Assembly (NCBI GenBank): GCA_020137815.1
Contig: CM035362.1
Span: forward strand, 1,302,001-1,366,000
Direction: 5' to 3'
Length of the DNA stretch: 64,000 nucleotides
Source: Hormiphora californensis
Lineage: Eukaryota; Animalia; Ctenophora
How positions within the stretch are numbered: position 1 is the stretch's first letter; each line of letters starts with the position of its first letter. This document shows positions 23,767 to 53,319 of this stretch, in pieces. Below the pieces are notes generated by a model. That model made no database searches and was not told where the DNA came from. It worked only from the letters and a program-made list of their open reading frames with translations. Both the position numbers and the translations under genes were made by a program.

Positions 23767-24830
23767 TGTGTGTGTGTGTGTGTGTTTGAACCTCCCGTAC
23801 TTCCTCCCACTTTGCTGGTGTCTTGCGGGGCCAGCTCCCGGTGAATCAAAATTCTGGCGTTCCTCCCGAGCACCCCACACGAAAAGTTGCTCAGTAGTTC
23901 CACTAGTCAGTCCTGTCCAGGGATCCTCATAGGAGGCTCCCCTTCGAGGGAAAGGCTAGCTTCACATTCGGTCCGCTTTTGTTAAGTTTCAGGCCGGTTA
24001 CTAATCCAGTTAGACACACAGCTGAGAGCACCAGTGTATTTCCACCAGTCTTACGTTACTGGGTTTCCCCAGAAGTAGGTATATTGCCGAACGATGACGC
24101 GGCTTCTCTGCCCACACGTAGCGTAGAAAACGTCATTTCTTCTACCAGCACTTTACCATTTAAGGCCAGAATCCTGCTTCAGGAACAGTGTGGTGGCTCG
24201 GTCCACCGATTGGTACACTATGCACCTAATCGGCCCAGTATTGTAGTGCTTCTTATAAGCAGTCTAGTGAAGCGGCACTCTCCCTCAAGGGGGGCTCCAT
24301 AGCCTGTCAGCCTATGGTGGCAACCATTGGATGCTCTTTCGAGCTTGTTTTGTACCACCCTTCTACATTTTCATGTCTGGGCGGCCCAACTCTCTGGATT
24401 AATATCTGCCTGGGGTGGGGGCCGGTTTTGATAGGCAGATTCTATTTGAAGAGACCAGATTTCTTTATCAGTGCTGTTAGTTTGCCTAGATCGATTTTCT
24501 GGTCTTTGTCGTAGATGTTTTGTTGTATGTTTTGGTATTCCAGTGTGTATCTGAGGTGATCTAGATCTGGGCATGTTATTAGCACATGTTCAGAGTTCTG
24601 TTTTTGGTTGCATAGAGGGCAGTTCGGACTCTCTCTTGGATCTCTGTGTGCTAAGGAGGAGTTCAGGTTGTTTTGTCCTGAGATTGCCAGTGTGACGTTT
24701 CTCATTGTGGCCTTATCTGTGAACCATATTCTTCCGTAGTCTATGTCTATCTTGGTCATTATCGCAGTGGTGAATTTGTTTTAGTTTTTCTCTTTTAGCT
24801 TGTTTCTGCCATTGCCCTGCAGAAGTCAGC
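23767..24830 (-). mobile_element. LINE 3' fragment (CCHC-type end of ORF2, 3' UTR, (AC)n tail)
   Basis: ORF 24442-24759 CPLCNQKQNSEHVLITCPDL; GT-repeat at 23766-23785 is the minus-strand tail. Confidence 0.65.
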
Positions 24831-24920
24831 CAGGTTCTGGTCTTTGTCATATATGTTTTGTTACTATCGGAAATTTAAACGTTTCAATATCAAGCAAAAC
24901 CGAAAAAAGATATCTATTAA

Positions 24921-24993
24921 GTCGCCTGACCGGGATTTGAACCTGGCATCTTATGTTTCTTAGCCCAGCTGGTGGCCATTAGACCACGGAGCC
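24921..24993 (-). mobile_element. tRNA-derived SINE head or tRNA pseudogene
   Basis: Minus strand GGCTCCGTGGTCTAATGG (A box) ... GGTTCAAATCCCGG (B box); acceptor stem does not pair. Confidence 0.6.
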
Positions 24994-26357
24994 GTTAGGT
25001 AAAGTGCAATTCAGATATACTTATGCTGTGCCGAGATTAGAAATTTTGGCAGAGGTTCCCCAGGGGCTCCTAGCCCCTAATCGGTTTTTAGGAGAGCTCA
25101 CCCGTCGCAGTACTCTGGTACATGCTGTTTCTGGGGCCTGTCAAGAGCTGACAGGAGGCTGGGGGTTAGAGCTGGCATCATTCATATTCAAGGTTACATG
25201 AGGCATAAACTCTTGCCAGTGGCGCGTTATTTCAGATACCTTTCTCCCAGCGCGCCGCTGGGAGAAGGTAGCTGTAGTTTATCCGCCACTGGCGGATAAA
25301 CTGGTTTAAATCACGACGACGATCCCGAGGCGTAGCCGAGGGAGAGGCGGAGGGGTTTAAACCTATAACGCGTCTATGGCAAGAGTTTATGGGTTATATA
25401 CCCTGCTTTAGTTGTTTGTTACAAGTATTACACACTAACATGAGAGAGAACACTAATCAAAACACAAAAAGAGAACTGAGAAACAGTCAAAAACATCTCT
25501 CAATTGAGTGTACATTATTTGGTAACAGTTACTAAGGAGAGAGAGAAAGAAATAACAAGATATGGGGCATGCCAGACATAACACAGAGGAATTGAGATAG
25601 TGAAACAAAAGGGAAGATAAAGAGAGAGAGTAATTGACGGAATGTGTTGTTTCTTTCTCTCCAATTTTGTGTGTAACTCTTCCAAACAGTGTTCCCTCTG
25701 TATTTCAGTAAGAACTGATCATTTACACACACTTTGAATGTAACATAGGAGTTAAAAATAAATAACCTGCCAGTGGGAAATAATCTGCCGCTGGACTGGC
25801 TGTTTATCGAGAGCGCGCTAGTGGGACTTCTCGCCACTGGCGCATTATTTAAGTTAGCAGGGTATATAAATCTTTAAATTTGTCTTTTGTTACAAATCTT
25901 TAAATTTGTCTTTGTTTCATCTCACAACTAGGGCTCTGCACTTTGGCACCTAGTTTGAGGGTGTGTCACAGGGCTGGTTCCCTCATTAGATTTGTACTGG
26001 GCGAACTGATAAGGGAACCCTACTAAAATTTAGCCCGACGACCGACCAACAAACGATCGATCAACGACCGATATAATCAATCGCCAGCCAACCGCCTATC
26101 AATCGATCGCCGAACCAAATCCCAGCAGGGAAAAGAAGGGAGAAGATCAGCTGCCTCGAGTACAAATCTCTAAGTTAATGTAATTGACCGCATTGTTATG
26201 TCACATCAGGCGAAACAGTGACGCGGCTAGGGGCTGATAGGGGAAAGAGGGAGGAAAGTTTTGGAGAGGGGAAAGAGAAATTAAATTTTGAGAGGAAGGC
26301 GAGAAAGTCAGTGCCACAGAGAAAACAGCAATACCAGGTTCTGAGATCTCCCCCTAG

Positions 26358-26624
26358 AAGGTGTTACTAGTGATCAGTCACCAAGGTGTTACACCAAGGT
26401 GTTACTAGTGATCAGTCACCAAGGTGTTACTAGTGATCAGTCACCAAGGTGTTACACCAAGGTGTTACTAGTGATCAGTCACCAAGGTGTTACACCAAGG
26501 TGTTACTAGTGATCAGTCACCAAGGTGTTACTAGTGATCAGTCACCAAGGTGTTACTAGTGATCAGTCACCAAGGTGTTACTAGTGATCAGTCACCAAGG
26601 TGTTACTAGTGATCAGTCACCAAG
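26358..26624. repeat. Continuation of the 25-bp minisatellite after a 2.6-kb interruption
   Basis: Same unit as 23271-23766. Confidence 0.95.
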
Positions 26625-26889
26625 CTCTCTGACAGCTTTTATACATTCTTTTATATCTTCATTTATGAAGTAGAAACTGGTTGGATAAATAATATGTTTT
26701 TGTGTGGATTTAGAGTTTTTTCATTCGTTGATTTTTGACACCAATTACAATTGTACAGACACTGTTTATTTTTCTACAAGTCACTCTTCACTATTATTGT
26801 ATTTAGTTTTACAGCAATATCGACTCTATTCCTTTATGTTTAATGTTAACCTTCTTCGCTTGAAATAGCTGACAATATGACGTGTTAAA

Positions 26890-29800
26890 ATGAGGGCTCT
26901 AACCTACCTAAACCTAATCTTCCGCCACGGAACCCGTGATGTGACCCGCAACCTCCGAGTCGCATGTACCAGAGCTATCCGATCACAACCCCGGTCAACA
27001 GCAGCTGGATTGGTTCTCAGTGGTGCGGGTATTGTGGGGTTTGCTGCACAAGCAAAGGAACACCATGGAAGCAAAACAGATCAAGATGCAACTTTTCAGA
27101 GTGAGTGATGGTTACTAGAACGGTTGTCTTGGTAACTAAAATATAATACAGTTCCTGGTTACCATAGCAACTGTAGTCTACCATGGTAACCGTTTCATAT
27201 GTATAACATATATTGTTCTTTTTATACTTGACACTCCTACAGTGCCTCGTTTTCTTAAGCATAAAAGACCAAAAAGTAAGATTCGTGTTGTCCGAAAACC
27301 GACAATATAGTGGTTGAAGCACTCTTTTATAAATACAGGCATGATAGCCCGATATATATGTGTGGTTGTTTGATATGTGATATAATTTTCAGTTTTCACA
27401 CCTGTTTTATCTCTCAGTTCTCTCATTTATTCCCCAGGTTTTTACAAGTCAACTGCAGTACGAAAGAAATTTCTCTCCTTGGCTTCATTCTCCTACCAAG
27501 ACGAACCTTTTATTACGGGTAAACGATTAGAATGATGAGTGAAGTACATAGTACAGTCGGACCCCGATTTAGGGGCCCCCGATTTAGTGGCACCCCGATT
27601 TAGGGACAGGATTTTTTCCCCCGATATAGGAAACTAACCTTATTTGACCCCGATTTAGTGGACACCCCGATTTAGTGGACAAGAGCCTTTCCCCCGAGGG
27701 TGTCCCTAAATCGGGGTCCGACTGTAGAAAGTTTAGAAAGAGTCTAGAAGGACTTAATATTTTAGAAGGAGCTTAGATTAAGTATCGCAGTCCATTCAAA
27801 ATCAGACCTACCTCTGTATAGGTGCTGATTTTATAGCCACCCTTTCCCTCTGTATAGGTGCTGATTTTATAGCCACCCTTTCCCTCTGTATAGGTGCTGA
27901 TTTTATAGCCACCCTTTCCCTCTGTATAGGTGCTGATTTTATAGCCACCCTTTCCCTCTGTATAGGTGCTGATTTTATAGCCACCCTTTCCCGAGATACC
28001 TCAACACAAGTTGTTGATGGCGAGATGGAAGTTCTAACTGATGAGGAGTATACCAGGTTAATGGACGCCGCGTGTAGGTGAGACACCCTTTTTATTGATC
28101 TGAACAAGTAAACCCCTTTTCACTGTACGCTCCATTGGGCAACAAAGGCAATTAGTCTAACTTAGCTGCCTCTTAGTAATTGAATTAGCAACATGATTTC
28201 AAACCCTGAATTATACAGGATTGATATGGGGGGAGATGATAAGTTCCTGGATAGCAAGGATTTCCTTATCTCCTACTCGGAATTCCTGTTCCTTCTGAGT
28301 GTCATTGTAAAACCAGTGGACCAGTTTTACCGTCACTTTAAGATCCTAGATCAAGGTATGATTTACAATTAGTCTAAAATTCAGATTCTTTCACATTCTT
28401 ATTCATGGTAACTTTTTCAGCGGACACCAACTCCCTTAACAAGGAGGAATTCTTGTCTGTTGAAAATCTGACATGTGGCGGAAAGAACCCCATGAATACT
28501 GTCAGTACCAGCCTTAGAGTTCTGTTCTTCGGTCCTGAACAGGACAAAGAGGTGTGTGAGATCATTACTTTAACTAGGAGAGAGCAGAGAAAGGGTTAGT
28601 GAATGAATTATTTTGGAACCTAAGAAATATTGGGAAAAGGATGCACAATAACTCTGGTACATGTCCAACATTTTCAGATAAACTTTGAGCAGTTTTCCCA
28701 GTTCCTAATGGGTGTGCAGAGGCAGTGTTGGAAGGCGGAGTTTGATCGCTACTCCGAGGGTGAGAACTATATCACCGATGATGAATTCATGAGACTACTA
28801 CTGAGGCGGACCAATATTCCTGATATTAGGAAGGCTAGGTAATTTAGAGGGTGACACCTGAATATATCAACACATTCTGGCCTTGTAGTTTATCAAGGTG
28901 CACGGTGGTAAATCCGACTGTAGATTTTTTGAAAAGATGGTAGCTATTCAGTAACACCCAATATCCCCCCTCTTGTAGTATCCCTTCTGTGCACAATAAT
29001 ACACAACCCAGGTACAACAGCTCGGGCTTGTAAGCACACAAAGCACTTGAGCAATGGGTGAGTGAGCTGTGAGCTGTGTGTGTGTTATGTGGGATTTACT
29101 ACCGCGTGTAAATTTAATGTAGAAGGTTGTACAATTACTAACGGGACTCGGGAGCACACTAAGGGTATCTGTCCATTCCTCCCTTCCTTATGTCTTCATC
29201 CATGATACTCGTAACATTGCTCCCTCCCTCTCCTCCCACGATAAATTCAGCTCCCTAAATTTGATCATCACTCCCCCAGATACATAGATAGATTGGAACA
29301 CCGTCCAGAGCACACCCGCAAACGAATTCTTTTTCAACAGTTCTGCCAGTTCATGAACCTTCTTAATGACTTCCCTGATTTTGAGGTAATTTCTGCAGAA
29401 CTCAGGATCTTGTTATGCTAGGGGCAATTTATCACTTTGGAGGTCGGCGGTCGCTCATTGCTCAATTTCGGTTTTATTTTGGACCTTGCTAGTTGCTATT
29501 TTGTTAGGTAAACCTACCCGTGAAAGTAGTTACCTAACATAGACCCAGTAGCATACAATAAGTGATCCTCCCAGGTCGCTATAAGAATGTTTGCGATTAC
29601 CAAGAAGCCTCTAACTAAGAAGGATTTTCAGAGGGCCGTCAAAGCGAGTACTGGTGAGTGTGTAATAACCATTGCATTTTATAGAATCTCCTATATAGAG
29701 TATGCCATCTATATTATAAAGCAGAGATGCTTGCAAGACAATTGGTTTTTGGGGGGGTTTTAGGGCTTGCACGTGCAAAATTGGCATGTTGTTAGGGGTG

Positions 29801-31320
29801 TTTGGTGGGGTTTGGGGAGTGCACGTGCGGGTGTAAAGGTTTTATAAATTTGGGGGATGATAGCTGATTTGAAAGAGCTTGAGATTATCTTTCTAATGAG
29901 CCCAAGATTTTTAAAATTGGCTGAGAAACGACTGAGTAATGGGGGAAATGGTGAAAAATGAGGGAAAATGTGGGGCTCTGAACTGCTTCAGATCACAGAT
30001 TGAGAGAGGGCTGAGGGGAGTATTCATTATGGCGTTATAGGGGAGTGAATAGAGGGTGAGATGGAGTGAATAGGGAACGATATGATTCAATAGGGGCCGA
30101 GGGGAGTAAATAGGGGTATGGGGTGAGGACTGAGGGGAGTCAACAGGGGGAAGGGGGCGTGGATTATGATCTCGCGACCGGAGGTGCCGCGAAGCGGCGC
30201 CGTAGGGAGCAAAGTAGGCATGAGCCAGGGATCGGGATTGAGAGGAGTCAATAGGGTGTGAGAGTTTTTTGTTCTTTTGCCTGGGCTCTCTAGTCTATAT
30301 TATAAAGCAGAGATGCTTGCAAGACAATTGGTTTTTGGGGGGATTTTGGGGTTTGCACGTGGAAAATTGGCGTGTTGTTAGGGGTATTTGGTGGGGTTTG
30401 GGGAGTGCACGTGCGTGTGTAAAGGTTTTATAAATTTGGGGGATAATAGCTCATTGGAAAGAGCTTGAGATTATCTTTCTAATGAGCCCAAGATTTTCGA
30501 AATTGGCTGAGAATTGACTGAGTAATGGGGGAAATGGTGAAAAATGTGGGGTTCTGAACTGCTTAAGATCAAAGATTGAGAGAGGGGTGAGGGGAGTGTT
30601 CATTATGGCGTTATAGGGGAGTAAATAGAGGGTGAGATGGAGTGAATAGGGGACGATATGATTCAATAGGGGCCGAGGGGAGTCAATAGGGATAAGAAGG
30701 GTCTGGGGTGAGGACTGAGGGGAGTCAACAGGGGTAAGGGGATGTGGAGTATGATCTCGCGACCGGAGGTGCCGCGAAGCGGCGCCGTAGTGAGCAAAGT
30801 AGGCATGAGCCAGTGATCGGGATTGAGAGGAGTCAATAGGGTGTGGGAGTGTTTTGTTCTTTTGCCTGGGCTCTCTAGTCATTATAAAATCTTAGTTTTC
30901 CTGTCCTAATCGGCTCCTATTGAATTTTTGAAGGAAGCACCAGTATTCAGAAATCCATACCCTCTTGCCTAACTTCCCAACCCTCAACAGGAAGTGTATT
31001 CGATACCGATTTGGTTGATGTAATATTTGATGTTTTTGATGAGGATAATGATGATAAGCTGGGACATGATGAATTTATAACGGTGCGTGGGGGTAGATAA
31101 CCAATTATAATGTGGTATAATCGAGGGGTAGACTACAGATGAAAACTACTAGTTTATAATGCAATTATCACTGTTGACTCCTATAAACATCTAGGTTATG
31201 AAAGACAAGATCAAGTCACGAAACAGCGGTTTCTACGACAAACCAGATCACATCGCAGACAATGGCTGGGATGCTTACAAGCACTGTGTTAGGCAGTACA
31301 TGTACAAGAGTTATGCTTGA
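26890..31320 (+). CDS. Mitochondrial calcium uptake protein, MICU2/3-like
   Basis: Basic presequence; FLSLASF...EPFITGADFI; LISYSEFLFLLSVIVKP; FDVFDEDNDDKLGHDEFITVMK EF-hand; ends YKHCVRQYMYKSYA*; about 10 exons. Confidence 0.85.
27554..27724. mobile_element. CAGTCGGACCCC-family MITE, uninterrupted copy
   Basis: TA|CAGTCGG...CCGACTG|TA; another partial copy starts at 53111. Confidence 0.9.
27812..27991 (+). repeat. 5 x 36-bp tandem repeat spanning a MICU splice acceptor
   Basis: Unit CTCTGTATAG|GTGCTGATTTTATAGCCACCCTTTCC at 27812, 27848, 27884, 27920 and 27956. Confidence 0.95.
29708..30878 (+). mobile_element. Head-to-tail dimer of a ~585-bp non-autonomous Helitron
   Basis: A|TCTATATTATAAAG 5' end, CTAG|T 3' ends at 30293 and 30878, GC hairpin GGTGCCGCGAAGCGGCGCC. 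Confidence 0.8.
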
Positions 31321-31759
31321 GGGAAGTGAGAGTGAGAGAGAGAGAGAGAGTGTGTGTGAGAGAGAGAAGCTTTTTGTAAATATTTAACAGCAAATCACGC
31401 ATAATTACTTAACACTGGGGTTTTGCGAGGGAATACTTAATTTGTTTATCACAAATATTTTTATTGTAACCACATTAAAAATTTGATCAAAATTGTAATA
31501 TGTTTTGTAGAAATTAGATGTATTTAGTGTGGGTAGCTCTTTTCTTCTTTTTATTTCGAGTCTTCATTGTGTAAGCATATCCCCGTGACCTTGATTTTCG
31601 TAGCCTGCCCCCAGTCCCCACTGATATATAATTAGTGATCACAACCTATTTTTAAACCGTTCCCCTAAACCAATCCTCTAATCCCTAACTACTACGCTAA
31701 CCACTTCCGTTATCGCTAACCATCCTCCACTAACTTCCCTAACCACATTATAGTTTGTA

Positions 31760-36175
<4,416 letters not shown>

Positions 36176-37220
36176 ACCCTCCCTAAAATCCGGGATTGAT
36201 CTGGCTTTTTGGCCTTAACCACCCCCACCCCCACCCCCAATTCTTATATTTTTTTGCATTCTAGCCTTCTTCGCTTTTGCGGAATTGAAGAAGGGTCGGG
36301 TACAAACCATCCACGTCTCCTGTTAATATGCTCAGCTCATTTACCCTTAGATATGACGATTGGACGGCAGATAGAGGGATACCGCCTGCCCATATTTTGG
36401 CAAAACACAAGAAGCTCATACTATTTGGACACCCCTGGAGAGAGGATATTGCATAACCACAGCAAATACTAGAATATCATGAGAAGATGGGGAGTTTGAT
36501 TCTGGCGTGAAGCGGGCGTGGAAGGAGGATTATTCATTCTCTGAATTTGAAAAGAGAGATGTTGGTTAATTGAACAATTCTTAACTTTTCTGATAGCATC
36601 AGTGAAACAGATGATAGTGAGACCATTCAACTCCAAGTCCAAGCCCCTGCCATTTTGTACTAAGAGTTGCACATTAAGTTATTCTGTAGTACAGTAAATG
36701 TTTTCTAGTTAAGAAAGACTAATTATAGTCGTCTTGATGACTATTTATGTCGTGTGTGGGCTGCGTCTGTCGAATAACCCGCTTTCATGGGATCGGGTTA
36801 ACTTTGCGTATCGCACGGAATATGAAAGTATACTCTGCATTAAGACGCGCAGCGTTATCAGTTAGTGCGCGCGCGCGAAAGATTTTCTAGTTTCTGTCGC
36901 TCCAAAAAATTCAAGATTTTTCATGATTTTGCAATAAGGAACCAGCGTTAAAAATTAAAATCTGGGTGTTTTGGGAGTGCTGACAAACGGTTTTTTAGGG
37001 TTAGGGCTAAAGTAGGGTTGGAGTTAGGGTTGGGGTTAGGCCTTGACATTCCCTACCAGTTATGAGAAGGCCGCTATAGACGCGGTGTTAGTTTTAACGA
37101 TAATCTCGGTGTTCTTTAAGTATATCTTTAAGTTCTAGTTTAAACGAGTAGTGAACTAGCATATTTAACGCATGATAGCGGGATATAAATATTCGATATT
37201 ATTATTATTATTATTATAAA

Positions 37221-37854
37221 CTAGTAAGCCCGCTCGCCCTACGGGCGAATGTCGGGGATGGTCAATGGTCATACAGTAAACTAAGCAAATAGTGTAGTAT
37301 CATTTGAAATTTTTAAAATCAGTAAATTTATCAGGTAAATTAACCACAGCGATTCTTTCGACAGAAAAACCACGGGTCCTCTTTTGCCAGGTCCTGAAGT
37401 ATTTTATGAAGGAGCACATTTGTAAAATACTTTCACGTATTACTGCCATTTCTTATTAGTGCCATTGATACTCTGTTATTACGTGTGTTGACAACATTTT
37501 TTGAATAATAATCACCTCTTTTGTAGGATTCTATCACGTAGTCTATAGGCGTCAGCGCCAGTTTGGGACATATGGCTCCTCCAAACTCGCTGGCGATTGT
37601 GTTGAAGTTGAGTAGTCATGTTCACGAAACGTGGTGAACAGGGGGTGAACAGATCAAATCGAGCAAACGATCAATCACACAACCGGCAGAGAGATGAATC
37701 AAGGATGCACGTGCAGTTTAAGGCTCAAGCTGGCAGGTTGCCAGGGTCCCTCTAGGGACAACACGTGCAAAAGGCCATTTCCAGGAATTTTGTGCCATAT
37801 TTGGTAAAAAAACCATCACCCATCATTTCCCTATTTGCTTTAATAATAGTATGA
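37221..37854 (-). mobile_element. Non-autonomous Helitron
   Basis: Minus strand A|TCATACTATTATTAAAGCAAATAG start; TCGCCCGTAGGGCGA hairpin, then CTAG|T. Confidence 0.8.
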
Positions 37855-37994
37855 TTTTGAATCAGCCAAAATGGTTGAGTGGTTTGGCGGTTAGAGCCAT
37901 TTTAGTGAATCAACTTTTTTGCAGCGCACGCCGCACACCTGTAAACAGGCCTCCAAACAGTGTTTGGAACACCCAGATCGTAACGGCGCCCATA

Positions 37995-38341
37995 AAGTTC
38001 AAGAGCCTCCAAGAGCGCCAAAGAGCGCACCCTATCCAAGAGAGACCAAAATCAAGAGCGCACCACAATCAAGAGAGACCAAAATCAAGAGCGCACCACA
38101 ATCAAGAGAGACCAAATCAAGAGCACACCACAATCAAGAGAGACCAAATCAAGAGCGCACCTCATCCAAGAGAGCTCCCTATCCAGAAGATACCAGATGT
38201 GGTGCACTCTTGAATTTGGTCTCTCTTGATTGTGGTGCACTCTTGATTTGGTCTCTCTTGATTGTGGTGTGCTCCTGATTTTGGTCTCTCTTGATTTTGG
38301 TCTCTCTTGATTGTGGTGCGCTCTTGGAGGCTCTTGAACTT
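37995..38341. mobile_element. Palindromic MITE with ~30-bp subrepeats, AAGT...ACTT ends, TA flanks
   Basis: TA|AAGTTCAAGAGCCTCCAAGAGCGC ... GCGCTCTTGGAGGCTCTTGAACTT|TA. Confidence 0.8.
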
Positions 38342-38442
38342 TATTATGGTTCCTTATTAAGGATCCAAAAGTCATCTTTTGATCCTTCTGAGAAGTGAGA
38401 TGACTCCTATCGCAGGGGCGAAGCAGGGTCATGACTATTGGG

Positions 38443-39138
38443 ATGGTTGACGTACTTTGAAACTGGGGAATCTAGAGGTCCAAGATACAAAGATGTGACG
38501 TGAAATGGAGCTACTAATTCTAAATAGGAACGTTCGACTGACTGTTTTTATGAAGGAGTCATACTTTATCCCAATTCATTCTCATTTTGATCTTTGTCTA
38601 CTGATGATTGGTGCCTCCTCGTGGGGCACCATGAAACATGTGTATAGACCTTAAAAACTGCTGTTGTTTTTAATTTGTATAAACTGCTCGCCGGCTAACC
38701 CCGTGCTAGAGCTCTCTGTTGATCTCGGACCAAGGGACAGGATATCTATCTTGTCATCAATCTACTAAACTCGCTATAATGCAATGCTCCCTCAATTTAT
38801 TTGTGGTTGAGCTCTCTTGTGGATCTGAGGACACGTACGACGTCTGGTTTTGAGGAACAATGATCAAAATGGAATACAGATTACACACTCCAAGAAAGGG
38901 AAATGGTTGACGTACTTTGAAACTGGGGAATCTAGAGGTCCAAGATACAAAGATGTGACGTGAAATGGAGCTACTAATTCTAAATAGGAACGTTCGACTG
39001 ACTGTTTTTATGAAGGAGTCATACTTTATCCCAATTCATTCTCATTTTGATCTTTGTCTACTGATGATTGGTGCCTCCTCGTGGGGCACCATGAAACATG
39101 TGTATAGACCTTAAAAACTGCTGTTGTTTTTAATTTGT
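38443..39138. repeat. ~235-bp near-perfect direct repeat (38443-38678 and 38903-39138)
   Basis: ATGGTTGACGTACTTTGAAACTGGGG...GTTTTTAATTTGT occurs twice. Confidence 0.9.
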
Positions 39139-39139
39139 C

Positions 39140-39650
39140 TATTGGGATAGACTGAAATTGCTCAATCTTATGTCCCTTCAGCGTCGGAGACAGCGCTACA
39201 TTCTGATTCATGTGTGGAAGACGATTCATGGTTTTGTACCTAACTCTGCCAACCTAGTATTTCAACAGCACGCTAGACTGGGTATGCGGATAGTCCCACC
39301 ACCTTACCCCTATAGAGCAGAAACGAAACGAGCTAATCAATTTCACTGCTCATTTGGTCCAAGAGCAGCTCATTTATGGAACACTCTACCAGCTGCTGTC
39401 AATTCTTGTGTGAGCTTGAATCAGTTCAAATCTTCATTGGGCAATTACTTGACAGGATTTCACGATCGTCCTCCAGTCAGAGGGTACCCGCCACTTCCAA
39501 ATGACCTTTCGCCTCAATGTGCTGTGCTGTGCTGATGAGTGTGAGTGTGAAGGGATAGTTTTTCAACTTAATTTTATTTAGGTGGACCCATTCAGGGAAG
39601 GCCTGTTTCTTTATAAATAAAACTTTAATTGTAAACTTGTAAACTTGTAA
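39140..39650 (+). mobile_element. LINE 3' end (L2/CR1-like) with (GTAAACTT)n tail
   Basis: LMSLQRRRQRY...SFGPRAAHLWNTLP...DRPP; tail TTGTAAACTTGTAAACTTGTAA. Confidence 0.8.
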
Positions 39651-39845
39651 GCTAGGCTGGGTCCAGGTGGGCGATAAACGGGATTAAAATCGAAAAACTA
39701 GCTAAAAAGTTGGAAAATGAAGTTATTTTGATAAGAATTTGCCGAAAAAAAATCGACTTTAGCCCCGGACTCCAATAGCCCTGCTCTGCCATATCTCAAA
39801 TATCAACTATCCTACCTTATTTAATTAAAGTACATCATTCTAGTG

Positions 39846-49651
<9,806 letters not shown>

Positions 49652-50232
49652 ACACGTACACTTTCTATGAGCTTCTCATTTCCCTCCTGTGTTCCAAGAT
49701 AATGCCCAAAGATTGTTTGTGAGTGCTTGTTTGTGTCTGCCCCGTCCGGCCTACCGAATACTGCTTCAAAGTGAACGTGTCAAGACTGAATGTATTACTG
49801 TGATTGAGCGAATGAACAATGAGGAACAGTGATTGTGAAACATTTTCACTTTTTGTTAATTTATTCAAATCGTAAAAACCGTTTTTCAATTTTAATAATT
49901 AGTGAAACCAACACAATTTTAGCATAAATAAACATACATCAGTACATCCGAACTCTCTCGGAAAACGTTTATTAATGTGTATAAACAGCAGGAGGGTATC
50001 ATGAAATTACGGCCGGGAGGGGGAATGGCAAATTATATTTGTTTGTTGGAGTGGATAGGAGTCACTCGGTGAGATTTTATTAGCACACATACGACTTGAA
50101 ATACTTAGTAAATGTTCGTCCTTTCTCTCTCATCTCATAAAACTCAATTGCAATACAGTCCCATTCTCCAGCTAACTTAATGGTGCCATGTAGAGGCTGG
50201 GATGTTTTGTTTCTTGAAATAGCAGGATGAGA

Positions 50233-52677
<2,445 letters not shown>

Positions 52678-52716
52678 TGCTACCAGGGAGAGAAAGTGTG
52701 AATGTCGACGGAGAGA

Positions 52717-52782
<66 letters not shown>

Positions 52783-52819
52783 CGAGATTAGAGCAGCGAG
52801 ACGAGAAGAGTAGAGAAGG

Positions 52820-52850
<31 letters not shown>

Positions 52851-52870
52851 TGTGAGAGAGAGATAGAGAT

Positions 52871-52913
<43 letters not shown>

Positions 52914-53219
52914 AAGAAGGAGAGAGAGATAGTGAGATAGAGAGAGAGAGAGAGAGAGAGAGAAGGAGCGAGAGAGAGAGAGAGAGATAGAGAGATAGAG
53001 AGAGAGGGAGAGATCTAAAACCACAAGATGAAATGAGTAGGAAATGATACGCCCAAATTTAAATGTTTGCTGTGTCGCCTGCCACTATACTGTTGCAGTA
53101 TTGCAAAACACAGTCGGACCCCGATTTACCGGGATCCTCGGGAAAGCCATTTTGCCAGGTAAATCGGGGTGCCCGGTATATTGGGGTGACCTACTTTAGA
53201 CCTAATTTTAACGCCAAAT

Positions 53220-53319
53220 NNNNNNNNNNNNNNNNNNNNNNNNNNNNNNNNNNNNNNNNNNNNNNNNNNNNNNNNNNNNNNNNNNNNNNNNNNNNNNNNN
53301 NNNNNNNNNNNNNNNNNNN
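53220..53319. other. Assembly gap (100 N)
   Basis: N run. Confidence 1.

Noticed and set aside
24921-24993. Functional tRNA gene
   Set aside because: A and B boxes present, but acceptor and anticodon stems do not pair convincingly
23271-26624. CRISPR-like appearance of 25-bp repeats
   Set aside because: No unique spacers, no cas genes, eukaryotic context
36340-36672. Small minus-strand gene between RMDN and TSC1
   Set aside because: Splice-like signals, but no consistent open frame or homology
36985-37020. Interstitial telomere (TTAGGG-like)
   Set aside because: Few degenerate units inside a dispersed repeat family
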